A stretch of DNA of 63,017 bases from Cyanophyceae cyanobacterium (lineage in GTDB: Bacteria; Cyanobacteriota; Cyanobacteriia; Cyanobacteriales; Laspinemataceae). The notes under the pieces were generated by a model. That model did not search any database. It saw nothing but the letters and a program-made list of their open reading frames with translations, and was not told the origin of the DNA. Each line of letters opens with the position of its first letter. The stretch's first letter is position 1. Shown here one piece after another: positions 1 through 10,504 of the stretch. The stretch lies in the NCBI GenBank assembly GCA_038321985.1, contig JBBQFN010000029.1:1-63017 (forward strand), in the 5' to 3' direction. A program made the translations under genes and the position numbers.

Positions 1-140
1 GAAATTTTGACAACTTTCGGTTACGTCTTTTAGCAGCTTTTTCATCATAGTCATTATAAATTAGAGAGGTAGCCACTCAAAAACATTTAAACGCTCAGTA
101 ACTAATTAGAAAAACTTATCACCAAAAAGTCTGAAGAGCC
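1..140 (+). mobile_element. ISL3-family insertion sequence, right end (transposase C-terminus 3..50 plus terminal inverted repeat)
   Basis: Frame 3..50 reads NFDNFRLRLLAAFSS*, like the typical ISL3 transposase C-terminus. The element ends ...CTGAAGAGCC (GGCTCTTC on the other strand). 4..140 is the reverse complement of 62881..63017. Confidence 0.85.
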
Positions 141-248
141 TGATAGCCATAAGATTTCGGGGGTTATTTTACCAATTCCCTAAACTTATTGTAGCACATA
201 ACCTTACAAAAATCTGCCAATTCTCCTTCTAAATCTCCGTCACTAAAT

Positions 249-1166
249 TTAGCGTCTAAGATAAATAGATGACCCTTGATTTTCGTCGTCTGTCCCTAAA
301 ATTTTGCCGCCAGAAAGGCCCGGTAAAAATTCTAAGGCTTCTACTTTATGACCGTTAATGCGATAGAGAGGAGCCAAAGAAGAATTGGGGCGAAATTCAA
401 CATTAGGGCCGTTCATAGAGAACACCCCAGCGGCATAGACTGCCGAATCAAAGGGTCCATCGTTTCCGGGGTCGCCAGTCGAACTAATATATAAAATACC
501 CGCTGAATTAACTTTGAGGTCAGAAATATGACGAACATATTCCTCAGGCCAAGGAATTGTAATCTCCGCCGATCCTTGGGGAGAGATTTGATGCCGGTTC
601 GAGTCAAACCAGCCCCAATAAAGTACCCCCGGATCATCGGGACTACCACGATGACCCCAAACCGCCAGAATTTGTCCATCAATGAGGTGCAGATCAAACC
701 CTTCTAAATTAGTATTTTCTGGCAAATTGGGGATATAAAAAATTTTAAGCACTTGAATTGTGCCAGTGGAATCGAGGATAAAATGATAGACTTGTCCGAA
801 ACTGGTAGCTGCAATAAAAGCTGAACCTTGAGTTTCGGGCACCAGGGCGACTGCCTCTAAATCAGTGGGAAGTTCCACTCTATCCGGCCATTTTAAAGGG
901 AAATAATCTAGAGAATTTTGGCCGTGAATGTTTAAAATAGCGAGACGACCTTCTGCCTCTTTTTTATTGTCATGAACGATCACAAAACAAGTGGCGGGGG
1001 GGCACCCCATTTCATCGAGAGAGTTTTCAACTAAGGCCATGCCACTAATGCCAAAAAGAATGCCCGTTTTAACGGGACGCCACTCTGCCGATGCGGACAG
1101 TAGTGCTATCAACAAAATTAGGCACGTGGTGGTGGCAGCGATCACAAAGGGTGGAACTTTACGCAT
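249..1166 (-). CDS. Secreted hypothetical protein, possibly beta-propeller
   Basis: 305 aa ORF with a hydrophobic N-terminal signal. Repeated xLEAx/NLEGF/HISDL/KVEAL strand motifs and a terminal GTDDEN motif. Confidence 0.7.
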   Translation of the reverse strand: MRKVPPFVIAATTTCLILLIALLSASAEWRPVKTGILFGISGMALVENSLDEMGCPPATCFVIVHDNKKEAEGRLAILNIHGQNSLDYFPLKWPDRVELPTDLEAVALVPETQGSAFIAATSFGQVYHFILDSTGTIQVLKIFYIPNLPENTNLEGFDLHLIDGQILAVWGHRGSPDDPGVLYWGWFDSNRHQISPQGSAEITIPWPEEYVRHISDLKVNSAGILYISSTGDPGNDGPFDSAVYAAGVFSMNGPNVEFRPNSSLAPLYRINGHKVEALEFLPGLSGGKILGTDDENQGSSIYLRR

Positions 1167-1249
1167 TTGAATCCTCTCGAATGATAGTATCTCGAATCAG
1201 CGAGGTTAGGATGAAGGAGAGCATCGGTTACGTTTAGGCTTCACTTCAA

Positions 1250-1290
1250 GTAGATATTAGGGGCATTACCAGAATGTCCCTAATATCTAC
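1250..1290. repeat. Intergenic inverted repeat (hairpin)
   Basis: GTAGATATTAGGG pairs with CCCTAATATCTAC (13-bp perfect outer stem, extendable inward). Confidence 0.6.
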
Positions 1291-1647
1291 CTAGCGGGTT
1301 ACAACCTCAAAGATTATCCGTAAGTCCCGGTCCTTGTAAAATCCTCAAATCGGGTCTCTCCTTCGGGGAATGAGGTACCCGGGATAGATCCCGGGGTAAA
1401 TTGACGGGTTCTGCCGATTGAGCTTAAAACTCCTAGACTCTATAAAAAGAGCTGAAGTTCTGATCCCACAGAGAAGGACATTACCGCTGTCGAGCAGAAA
1501 TGTGCCTCAGAAGTAATACAATATCACTGGAGAAATAAGAGATTTTTCCCAAATTTCCGCAAGCCTTCCCAATCCCCGAAGGATAGGTCAATATCAACCT
1601 GGCGATTAAGGAAGAAACTGCGCCGAATTATTAAATGCCTTTAATTT

Positions 1648-4110
1648 ATGCTTGACAGTACCGCCTTTTCTGTACATTTAGCCATTGATCGCCATCCGTT
1701 AACCGTGACGCCAGATACTCCGGTTAGCGCGGCGATTGTGCTGATGAGTCAGGTAAAATCGAGCTGCGCGGTTGTGGTAGAAGCCGACAAAATACTGGGT
1801 ATATTTACGGAACGAGATGTGGTAAAACTGACAGCACAGAGTGGCGATCGCCCCCTGGAGTCTTTCGCCCAAAAATTTAGTAAACAACCGATTGCCGCAT
1901 GGATGACCCCTAACCCCTTTATTCTTCAAGAAGACGATCTTCCCACTCTCGTCCGGCTACTGGATTTATTGCGTCAAAAACAGATTCGTCATGTACCCGT
2001 AGTGGACCCGGAGGAAAAATTACTGGGAACTATTACCTATCAAAGCATTCGGGAAATCATCCAACCGGCTGATTGGATGCGATTGCGGCGAGTGGTTGAA
2101 GTCATGAACCCGAAAGTCATTACAGCAGCCGAGTCGGTGTCGGTGTTGGAACTGGCAAACTTGATGAATATTCATCGGGTTAGTTGCGTGGCGATCGCCG
2201 AGAATGGGAGTCCCACGACTGGAATCCCGACCCCAGACTCTTTACCCTTGAGAATCCCTATAGGAATCGTCACGGAACGGGATATCCTGCAACTCCAAGC
2301 CTTAGAACTTAACTTAAAAGAACTCAAAGCTTCAGAAGTGATGAGTTCTCCCTTACTGGTGGTGCAACCGAGTGATTGTCTGTGGACGGCCCATCAGTTA
2401 ATGCAGGAGTATCGGGTGCGGCGACTGGTGGTGGCGGATCACGCAGAACAGTTACACGGAATCATCACCCAAACCAGTTTACTGCAAGGATGTACCCCGA
2501 TTGAAATGGATGCAGCGATCGCCGCTTTGCAGCTATTAGTCGAAGAACGCACCACGGAACTCCAGCAGGCAAACGAGCAATTACGGCGGGAAATTTTAGA
2601 ACGGCAACATACAGAAGCGGCCCTGCGCTTATCTCAAGCGCGTCTGTCAGGGGTTCTCAATAGTGCCGATGATGCAATTATTTCCATCGACGAAACCCAA
2701 CGCATTCAACTGTTTAATCAAGGGGCTGAAAAAATCTTTGGTTATAGGGCAGCAGAGGTGATGGGAGCATCCCTAGAGTTGCTGTTACCTGAAAATCTGC
2801 ATGAGATTCATCGCCAGTATATGGAAAATTTCGACGACAGAACGGAAGTTTCCTCTACGATGGGGTCGCGATCGCACCTGTTTGGACGCCGCAAAGATGG
2901 CACTGAATTTCCCGCAGAAGCCTCAATTTCTAAACTAGAAGTCGCTTCAGAACGACTGTTCACGGTCATTTTACGAGATATTACCAGCCGGGTAGCCGCC
3001 CAAGAAGCCCTGCAAGTGCAACTGGAACGAGAACGGGTGATGTCTGCCATGCGCGATCGCATTCGTTCTTCTCTTAATCTCAAACAAATTCTTAATACCA
3101 CCGTTGCGGAAGTTCGACAATTTTTAAATACTGATCGCGTGATTATTTATCGCTTTCACCCTGACTGGAGTGGTAAAGTTGTCGTAGAATCCTGTGGCAA
3201 TGGGGCGAAAGAAATTCTGGACCTGACGATTATAGACCCCTGTTTTCGGGAAGACCACGCCGAACTCTATAAAAAGGGTCGGATCAAAGCCACCCCTAAT
3301 ATTAATACGGCTCCGATCAGTCCCTGTCATCGGAATTTATTAACTCAGTTTCAAGTCAAAGCCAATTTAGTCGTGCCAATTTTATTAAATGAAGATTTTC
3401 AATCCAACTCCGAGGAGGACTTATTAGAAAATTCTGCCCAGGATAATAACCAGCTATGGGGATTATTAATTGCTCATCATTGCCAAAGTCCCCGGCAGTG
3501 GCAGGATTGGGAAACTGAATTTCTCAAAGCATTAGCAACCCAAGTGGCGATCGCTATCCAACAATCCACCCTTTTTGAACAACTACAAGCCGCCAATCAA
3601 GAATTACATCGCCTTGCCTCTCTAGATGGCTTAACTCAAGTCGCAAACCGTCGCTGTTTTGATGAATTTCTCACCCGGGAGTGGCGACGAGACCTCGAAG
3701 CTCCCTTATCCATGATTTTGTGCGATATCGACTACTTTAAACCCTATAACGATACCTACGGCCATCAAGCCGGGGATGAGTGCCTAAAAAAGGTGGCGAC
3801 AGCTATCCGCAACTGTATCAAATCGCCGAACGAATTCATCGCCCGATATGGGGGGGAGGAATTTGCCGCTGTGTTGCCCAATACTGACCTCAAAGCAGCC
3901 TTAGAATTAGCGGAACGAATAAGGAATCAAGTCACGGGATTACAGATCCCTCACGCCCAATCTCAAGTGCATCCTTGCATCACCATGAGCCTAGGGGTGG
4001 CGACCCTAATTCCGAGTCCCGAAACCACCCCCACCCAACTGATTGCCAATGCTGACGAAGCCCTTTATGTGGCAAAAGCTGGGGGGCGCAATCGGGTCGT
4101 CTGTGCTTAA
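1648..4110 (+). CDS. CBS-PAS-GAF (DXCF cyanobacteriochrome)-GGDEF diguanylate cyclase, SesA/Tlr0924-like architecture
   Basis: CBS repeats (GIFTERD, GIVTERD), a PAS domain (FNQGAEKIFGY...RRKDGTEFP), a GAF with DPCF and CH motifs, and an intact RYGGEEF. Confidence 0.9.
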   Translation: MLDSTAFSVHLAIDRHPLTVTPDTPVSAAIVLMSQVKSSCAVVVEADKILGIFTERDVVKLTAQSGDRPLESFAQKFSKQPIAAWMTPNPFILQEDDLPTLVRLLDLLRQKQIRHVPVVDPEEKLLGTITYQSIREIIQPADWMRLRRVVEVMNPKVITAAESVSVLELANLMNIHRVSCVAIAENGSPTTGIPTPDSLPLRIPIGIVTERDILQLQALELNLKELKASEVMSSPLLVVQPSDCLWTAHQLMQEYRVRRLVVADHAEQLHGIITQTSLLQGCTPIEMDAAIAALQLLVEERTTELQQANEQLRREILERQHTEAALRLSQARLSGVLNSADDAIISIDETQRIQLFNQGAEKIFGYRAAEVMGASLELLLPENLHEIHRQYMENFDDRTEVSSTMGSRSHLFGRRKDGTEFPAEASISKLEVASERLFTVILRDITSRVAAQEALQVQLERERVMSAMRDRIRSSLNLKQILNTTVAEVRQFLNTDRVIIYRFHPDWSGKVVVESCGNGAKEILDLTIIDPCFREDHAELYKKGRIKATPNINTAPISPCHRNLLTQFQVKANLVVPILLNEDFQSNSEEDLLENSAQDNNQLWGLLIAHHCQSPRQWQDWETEFLKALATQVAIAIQQSTLFEQLQAANQELHRLASLDGLTQVANRRCFDEFLTREWRRDLEAPLSMILCDIDYFKPYNDTYGHQAGDECLKKVATAIRNCIKSPNEFIARYGGEEFAAVLPNTDLKAALELAERIRNQVTGLQIPHAQSQVHPCITMSLGVATLIPSPETTPTQLIANADEALYVAKAGGRNRVVCA

Positions 4111-4148
4111 TCCCTGCCTTTATGCGGTTTAACCGGGGCGATCGCCCC

Positions 4149-4487
4149 TTATGGGTGCTGTTCTTCCTCAAATCGCACCCCCCATTCATGCATTGTCTCC
4201 AGAATCGGCTTGAGAGTCATCCCAAATTCTGTTAACGAATACTCCACTTTAGGCGGGACTTGGGCATAAACTAGCCGGTTAATTATCCCATCTCGTTCTA
4301 GTTCCCGGAGTTGCTGAGTCAGCATTTTTTGAGTAATTCCTGCTAAGGCGCGATGCAGTTCTCCAAAGCGTTTGATCCCAGAAAATAGCTCTTGCAAAAT
4401 CAACACTTTCCATCGTCCGCCAATAATGGCTAAGGTAGTTTCTACCGGACATCCGACTTGTTTTTTATCTTCTGATTTGGGTTCCAT
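4149..4487 (-). CDS. HxlR-family winged-helix transcriptional regulator
   Basis: CPVETTLAIIGGRWK, ITQKMLTQQLRELE and VPPKVEYSLT signatures. Confidence 0.93.
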   Translation of the reverse strand: MEPKSEDKKQVGCPVETTLAIIGGRWKVLILQELFSGIKRFGELHRALAGITQKMLTQQLRELERDGIINRLVYAQVPPKVEYSLTEFGMTLKPILETMHEWGVRFEEEQHP

Positions 4488-4488
4488 T

Positions 4489-4562
4489 GTTACTTTTTAG
4501 GTACTGGCTTACTTTAGAGTGCATACTTTACAAATTGACTTTATCTATTCTAGAGTAAGTAA
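4489..4562. promoter_or_regulatory. Putative HxlR operator-like boxes between the divergent hxlR and pirin genes
   Basis: Repeated TTACT...GT elements (GTTACTTTTTAGGTAC, CTTACTTTAGAGTGCATAC, GTAAGTA). Inferred from the divergent layout. Confidence 0.35.
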
Positions 4563-4616
4563 TAAGTAAAGCACCTGAATTCCATAAAACCTGTAGCGAT
4601 CGCACTGGAGGAACCC

Positions 4617-5315
4617 ATGTTAACCCTACGCAAAGCAGAAGAACGGGGACAAGGCAATTATGGCTGGCTCAAAACTTCCTATAGCTTTTCCTTTGCCAAC
4701 TATTACGACCCTCAGCACATGGGATTTCGTGCCCTGCGGGTGATTAACCAAGACTGGGTGAGTGGCGGGGGTGGCTTTCCCACCCATTCTCACCGCGATA
4801 TGGAAATCGTCACTTATGTACTAGAAGGGGCGCTGGAACATAAAGATAGCATGGGCAACAGTTCGGTGATTCTTCCCGGGGAAGTCCAACGCATGAGTGC
4901 GGGCACGGGAATCGCACATAGCGAGTTCAACCCCTCCCAAACTGAAGCGGTGCATCTGCTGCAAATCTGGATGTTACCCGGTCAACAAGGGCTCCCCCCC
5001 TCCTATGAACAGAAACACTATCCCGAGGCAGAAAAACGCGGCCACTTGCGGTTAATCGGGTCCTCAGACGGTCGGGATGGTTCGGTCACCATTCATCAGG
5101 ATTTGAACCTGTACGCCGCCATCCTGAAGGAAGGCGATCGCATCCTGTATGACATTCCCCCTAACCGTCATGCTTGGATACAGGTAGCGCGCGGGACTCT
5201 CACGCTCAATGACCTCCCCCTGAAAACTGGAGATGGGGTCGCCTGTTCTGCGCCAGAGACTTTAACCTTGGTAGGGTCTCAAGAAGCTGAAATCCTGTTG
5301 TTTGACCTAGCTTAA
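4617..5315 (+). CDS. Pirin family protein (YhhW-like)
   Basis: [23 protein letters not shown] and [15 protein letters not shown] motifs. Confidence 0.95.
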   Translation: MLTLRKAEERGQGNYGWLKTSYSFSFANYYDPQHMGFRALRVINQDWVSGGGGFPTHSHRDMEIVTYVLEGALEHKDSMGNSSVILPGEVQRMSAGTGIAHSEFNPSQTEAVHLLQIWMLPGQQGLPPSYEQKHYPEAEKRGHLRLIGSSDGRDGSVTIHQDLNLYAAILKEGDRILYDIPPNRHAWIQVARGTLTLNDLPLKTGDGVACSAPETLTLVGSQEAEILLFDLA

Positions 5316-5353
5316 GCGCCTTTTCGAGGGACCGAGGCAAAGCCACCTGGAGA

Positions 5354-5381
5354 GCGTGACTGGGGTTCTACCCAGTCACGC
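5354..5381. terminator. Stem-loop between convergent genes
   Basis: GCGTGACTGGG/CCCAGTCACGC 11-bp stem; no clear U-tract. Confidence 0.5.
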
Positions 5382-5394
5382 GGAAGGGTCATCT

Positions 5395-8300
5395 CTAACC
5401 CCCAGTTTCAGGCGATCGCCACTCAACCCCAGATGCTGAAGGTACATTTTCCAATTTTGGAGAATCCTGGAACACGGTTTCCAGTTGATCTGGACTTAAA
5501 GGTGGACGTTTTCCCCCGAAGAGGTCATGCAGCAAAGTATAAAAACAGGGAATAATAAACAAGGTCAGAAATGTAGCCAGAGATAAACCGGAGAAAACAA
5601 CGACTCCCAAAGGTTGTAAAAACTCCGACCCTTCCCCAACTCCTAACGCCAGGGGCAACATTCCTAATACCGTCGTAATAGTAGTCATCAAAATGGGGCG
5701 CAAGCGTTGAGGTGCCGCTTTTAAAATCGCCTGCCGTCGGTTAATCCCTTGTTCTTCATAAATTTGATTGGCGAACTCTACCATAATAATGGCATTATTC
5801 ACCACAATTCCCACTAATAATACGGCCCCGACTAATACGGTCGCCCCTACAGGAGTTTCGGTGACATAAAGTCCTACAATACCCCCGGCTAAAGCCAAGG
5901 GAACGGTCAGCATAATCACCAAGGGGTCAACCAGGGAATTGTACTGAACTGCCATCACCACAAACACTAGAAAGGCCGCTAACCCCCCTAACAGTTTGAG
6001 GGAATCTTGCAACTCTTTATTTGTTTGTGCTGAAGAAGAAGGAACCACACTCACCCCTGGAGGAAATTCAATGTCAGCGAGTACGTTAGCAATCTCTTCG
6101 TTCGCCTCTCCTAATGTTGCCCCTTCGTTTAAAGAACCGCCAATAATAAACACCTGGCGCTGATTAATACGTTGAATTTCTCCCGGTGCATTTCCTCTTT
6201 CTACAGTTGCCACATCCTGCAACCGAATCGACCGGGAATCGCCTACTAACAAAGGTAATTGTTTTAACTGAGAGACCCGTTGGACAATATTATCGGGTAG
6301 GGTAACGCGAATATCAACCAGGCGATCGCCCCGTTGTAGTTGGGTGGGAACTGCCCCTTGAATCGCCGTTTGAATGGCTGATCCAATGTCATTAACCGAC
6401 AATCCAAATTCCGCAGCCCGTAACCAATCCGGGCGAATTTGTAACTCAGTTTGTTGGGGGTCTGCATCGGGACGAAAACTCGCCAAGGTGACTTGTTCAT
6501 CTAATGCCGCGATGACTTCTTCCCCCACTTGTTCTAACGTCCGGGCATCAGTACCTTGTAATGTCACATCTATTTCCGCCCGAACTGGGGAGTTGGTCAG
6601 AATAATTCCTCGGACACTTTCGGGACTAATTCGGAGGCGAGCATCGACTAAATTGAGCTTTTCAAATTCGGCATTGACTCGGGTGATAAAGGAGTCAATA
6701 TTAGTCCCTGGTTCCAAAGCAATGGTACTCGAACCCCGCAGTGAATTCGGGGAAACGCTTGTCCCAAAAAGAAAGCCTCCAGCGGTGGTAAAGGCATTAA
6801 TAGTTTCCGGTTGAGCGAGTAAAATCTCGTCAACCTTTTTCATGATTTTTAAGTTTTGGGCGACGGTTGTATTGGGAGGAAATTGAGCAAATAAACGCGC
6901 TTGACCTGTATTAATCCGGGGTAAAATTTCCTGGGGAAGTCCTCCGGCTAACCAAAAGCTACCGCCGCCTAAAACAATGATGGCTAGAGCAATCACAATC
7001 AAGCGAAGCCGTAAGACGAGTTTTAAAATCCATTGATAAATTCGGCTGAATCCATTAAATCCTGCATTAAAAGCTCTTAACAAAAAGAATTTGCTTAATC
7101 CGCTGGTATAGGGAATTGCTAACAACCGGGAGGTCAACATCGGAACCACGGTTAAGGCAATCAGTAAAGAGGAGGCAACGGCAAAACTAATGGTTAAAAT
7201 CAGTTCGCTAAACAGGAGGGAAAAAAGGCCACCTAGGAGTAAAAAGGGTAAAACGGAGACTAAATTAGTGGTAGTAGAAGCCAGTAAGGCCGACTCAATG
7301 GATCGGCTGCTTTCTTCTGCTTGGGCGATCGCCTTTGAGGAAGTTAAGCGCTGATTTTTCTGGCTTTTCCCCGGAGTCATCCCTACCCCTTCAGCAATGG
7401 TTTCTAACATGACGATCGCATTGTCTACCACAATCCCCACCCCGAGGGCCAGTCCCCCTAAGCTAAAGACATTGAGGGAGAGTCCAAATATTTGCATTAA
7501 GGCGATGGAACTCAGGGTAGCCAAGGGAATCGCCAAGACAATAATGATAGTTTGGCGAATCGAACCCAAAAACAGCAACACCGCGATCGCCGCGAGTCCC
7601 GCCCCGGTTAACCCGGCTATAGCCACATTAGAAATCGCATTTCTAATAAAAACCGACTCATCTAACGTGGGATAAATTTCCATATCCGGGGGAATTAACC
7701 CGGACTGACGCAACTGTTCAAGTCGCTGTTTTACCCCTTCTACTGCCGTAATCGTATTCGCATCGGGTTGTTTTTGAATGCTAACTTTCACCGCTGGTTC
7801 ACCGTTAAGGGTAACCAACACCAATCGTTCCGCAGTGCCATCAATAATTTCGGCAAAGTCCCGTAGATAAACTCGGCCTTGGTTCGGAATTTCAAAGGAG
7901 AGGTTGGCAATTTCATCAGCCGATTCAAATCGTCCTCGGGCGCGAGTCAGGGGTTCTTCACTCCCCCCGGATAACCGTCCTCCGGCGATATCGATATTGC
8001 GATCGCGCAACTCATTTAAAACTTGAGTTAAGCCCAGTCCAAAGGATTGTAAACGCACCGGATCGATGCGCACCTGAATCTCTTCGGTAATTCCCCCGGA
8101 CACCTCCACCGCTGCCACACCCGGGACGACCCCTAATTCTCGGCCTAACTCCTCATCGGCAAAAACCCGCAACTCTACATCTTTCAAGGAAGCCGACTGT
8201 AAAGCAAACTCGTAAACCGGAGACTGAGAGGGGTCTACCTTAAATAATCGCGGGGAGTTCACCGTATCCGGGAGGCGTCCTTGGGCGCGATTAAAGGCGG

Positions 8301-8637
8301 CTGTGGCTTCATTCAGGGCCAGATCCACATTCCCCCCGGGTTCAAAGAATAAATCCACACTCACCCGACCTTCCCGAGTTTGGGAATAGACCTGAATCAC
8401 CCCTTCCGTGGTGCTTAGGGCTTGTTCCAAGGGTTTAGTAATTTCTTCGATCGCCACTTCCGGGGAGATTCCCGGTGCATCTAAGCGCAGCCCAATCCGA
8501 GGATAGGTAATGGCTGGAAGTAGATCCACTTGAATTGAAGTCAGAAAGAACACCCCCAGGACAATCGCCGTAGTCGCGAGGGCCAAAGTACCAATATGCT
8601 GGCGAATTGCGGTTGCACTGATGCTGAATCCAGTCAT
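5395..8637 (-). CDS. RND efflux permease, AcrB/AcrD/AcrF family
   Basis: 1080 aa; GIVVDNAIVMLE and RLRPILMTT motifs. Confidence 0.95.
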   Translation of the reverse strand: MTGFSISATAIRQHIGTLALATTAIVLGVFFLTSIQVDLLPAITYPRIGLRLDAPGISPEVAIEEITKPLEQALSTTEGVIQVYSQTREGRVSVDLFFEPGGNVDLALNEATAAFNRAQGRLPDTVNSPRLFKVDPSQSPVYEFALQSASLKDVELRVFADEELGRELGVVPGVAAVEVSGGITEEIQVRIDPVRLQSFGLGLTQVLNELRDRNIDIAGGRLSGGSEEPLTRARGRFESADEIANLSFEIPNQGRVYLRDFAEIIDGTAERLVLVTLNGEPAVKVSIQKQPDANTITAVEGVKQRLEQLRQSGLIPPDMEIYPTLDESVFIRNAISNVAIAGLTGAGLAAIAVLLFLGSIRQTIIIVLAIPLATLSSIALMQIFGLSLNVFSLGGLALGVGIVVDNAIVMLETIAEGVGMTPGKSQKNQRLTSSKAIAQAEESSRSIESALLASTTTNLVSVLPFLLLGGLFSLLFSELILTISFAVASSLLIALTVVPMLTSRLLAIPYTSGLSKFFLLRAFNAGFNGFSRIYQWILKLVLRLRLIVIALAIIVLGGGSFWLAGGLPQEILPRINTGQARLFAQFPPNTTVAQNLKIMKKVDEILLAQPETINAFTTAGGFLFGTSVSPNSLRGSSTIALEPGTNIDSFITRVNAEFEKLNLVDARLRISPESVRGIILTNSPVRAEIDVTLQGTDARTLEQVGEEVIAALDEQVTLASFRPDADPQQTELQIRPDWLRAAEFGLSVNDIGSAIQTAIQGAVPTQLQRGDRLVDIRVTLPDNIVQRVSQLKQLPLLVGDSRSIRLQDVATVERGNAPGEIQRINQRQVFIIGGSLNEGATLGEANEEIANVLADIEFPPGVSVVPSSSAQTNKELQDSLKLLGGLAAFLVFVVMAVQYNSLVDPLVIMLTVPLALAGGIVGLYVTETPVGATVLVGAVLLVGIVVNNAIIMVEFANQIYEEQGINRRQAILKAAPQRLRPILMTTITTVLGMLPLALGVGEGSEFLQPLGVVVFSGLSLATFLTLFIIPCFYTLLHDLFGGKRPPLSPDQLETVFQDSPKLENVPSASGVEWRSPETGG

Positions 8638-8851
8638 GTTTTCGGGTCCTAACGATGTACATTTAGCCCGTGGGGGAGGGATTCACGGACGAATTAAGAG
8701 GGATGAATCCTGATGGCAGCCGATTCCAGGCGACTGCCTTATCCTAAATTTGGTTTTTAAAAGTCCCTTTTTTCTTTAGAAAAGTGCCGCCCCAGTTTTA
8801 TCCCGGTTGGAGAGTATCAATGCCCCGGCCCAAGGGAAACCGAGGGTAAAT

Positions 8852-10213
8852 TTACTCTTCAGATAAAGCACTCAAGCGAACCTTATCCCCCGATTTTAGC
8901 GGGCGACTGGTGCGAATCACGTAGCGTTCTCCCTCCGAGAGTCCCGAGAGAATTTCCACTTGATTATTTTCGCGATCGCCAATTTCCACCGTTCGCGCTT
9001 CTACAGTGGCGGCATCCTCTGTCTCCTGAACCACAAAAACGGTGTTTTCCTCGTCCCCTTGCAAGGCGTTTTCTGGAATGACGACTCGTTCCCGGGTTTG
9101 GGTGTCAAAGGTTACCCGGACAAGCAACCCACTGCCAATCCGTCCATCGGAGTTAGGGATCGTCACTTCCACAGGAATTTGGCGCGTTTCCACATTCGAT
9201 ACGGGAGAAATGCGGCTAACTTGACCTTCTACGATTTCCCCGCCTAAGGCATCTAAACTGACCCGGACGGGTTGCCCGACTCTAATCTGGGCTAGAGCAA
9301 TTTCCGCAACGGGAACGATCGCCTTAACCTGGCTAAAATCGCCTATTTTCAAAACATCCCCGCCCGGTTGAACCAGATTCCCCGGTTCCGTTAAGCGTTC
9401 CAGGACAATGCCGGTAATCGGAGACCGTAAAAAGGCGTAGGACCGACGTTCCCGGACTTGCGCCACCACCGCCCGTTGGGCTTTTACCCGTTGTTCGGCA
9501 CTAACTATGGATTCCTGCTCGATCAGCACCTGTTCGCGGGCAGAACGCAAGGTTTGTGCGGCAACTGCGGCTTCAGTTTCGGCAAGTTCTCCTTGTTGAC
9601 GAGAAACGGCCCCTTCAACCGCTAGATTCAGATACCGTTCTGCGTCTTTTTCAGCCTGTTGTAGTTCCACTAGGGCTTGATCCACCTGAACTTGGGCATT
9701 TCTGACCTCGTTTCGGGCGCGGACGACATCCGATTCCCGGGCGGCTAATTCGGCTTCGGCTTCTCCTAGGGCGGTTTCCAGGAGAGTGCCATCTAATTGG
9801 GCCAGGATTTCACCCTGTTCAACGCGATCGCCAAGGTCTAGGGTTAGATCGAGTAAGCGTCCTTCGGTTTGCGATCGCACGGAGACTTCCCGAAAGGGTT
9901 CCGTATTGCCGCTGTAAACCAGGGGTTCACTTAAGTTATCTGTGCGGGCGACTGCCACCTCAACACTCGGGGAACTGGATCCGCGCTGTCCTCCCCGAGG
10001 TCCACCGGAGGCAGGTTGTTGTCCTTCCGCTTCTCGGTTAAAAATTCCCGGACAACCGACTAATCCCAGGGCGATCGCCATGCAGAGGAACAGCCGCCAG
10101 GTTTTGATGGAGTTCCGGCTGGATCGCCCCGGTTGGCCGCCCTGAATTGGATGATTCCATTGCTGTTGGGACGGTTGGCGGATGGATTGGGAAGATTGAG
10201 ACACCATGATCAT
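8852..10213 (-). CDS. RND efflux periplasmic adaptor (membrane fusion lipoprotein); true start may lie downstream
   Basis: LVGC lipobox, coiled coil, RSPITGIV and G.VSRISP motifs; lies upstream of the RND permease. Confidence 0.92.
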   Translation of the reverse strand: MIMVSQSSQSIRQPSQQQWNHPIQGGQPGRSSRNSIKTWRLFLCMAIALGLVGCPGIFNREAEGQQPASGGPRGGQRGSSSPSVEVAVARTDNLSEPLVYSGNTEPFREVSVRSQTEGRLLDLTLDLGDRVEQGEILAQLDGTLLETALGEAEAELAARESDVVRARNEVRNAQVQVDQALVELQQAEKDAERYLNLAVEGAVSRQQGELAETEAAVAAQTLRSAREQVLIEQESIVSAEQRVKAQRAVVAQVRERRSYAFLRSPITGIVLERLTEPGNLVQPGGDVLKIGDFSQVKAIVPVAEIALAQIRVGQPVRVSLDALGGEIVEGQVSRISPVSNVETRQIPVEVTIPNSDGRIGSGLLVRVTFDTQTRERVVIPENALQGDEENTVFVVQETEDAATVEARTVEIGDRENNQVEILSGLSEGERYVIRTSRPLKSGDKVRLSALSEE

Positions 10214-10504
10214 CGGTTAGCCGACCGTAATTGTTTTAGCCGAAGTTAATTCAAATCTCTTGAGGATCCAGGAGATGGATAAAAATGTGCCAACCGACAC
10301 GGATACCCGACTCGTTATATTTTTGACGGGGTTTAGCTTAAAACGGTTCAATCCCCAACTGATACCCATTGATACAACCGTAGGGGGACCCCTGGTTAAA
10401 GCGGATCTGCTACATCCTCGCCCCGGAAACAAATTTATGTCATCCTACGGAGGGCTTAGAATGAAACCATCTACCCTTGTTGTACCGTAATCCTAATAAC
10501 CAGT

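Noticed and set aside
6264..9247. Antisense and alternative-frame ORFs inside long genes, here and throughout the window
   Set aside because: Shadow ORFs overlapping well-supported CDSs.
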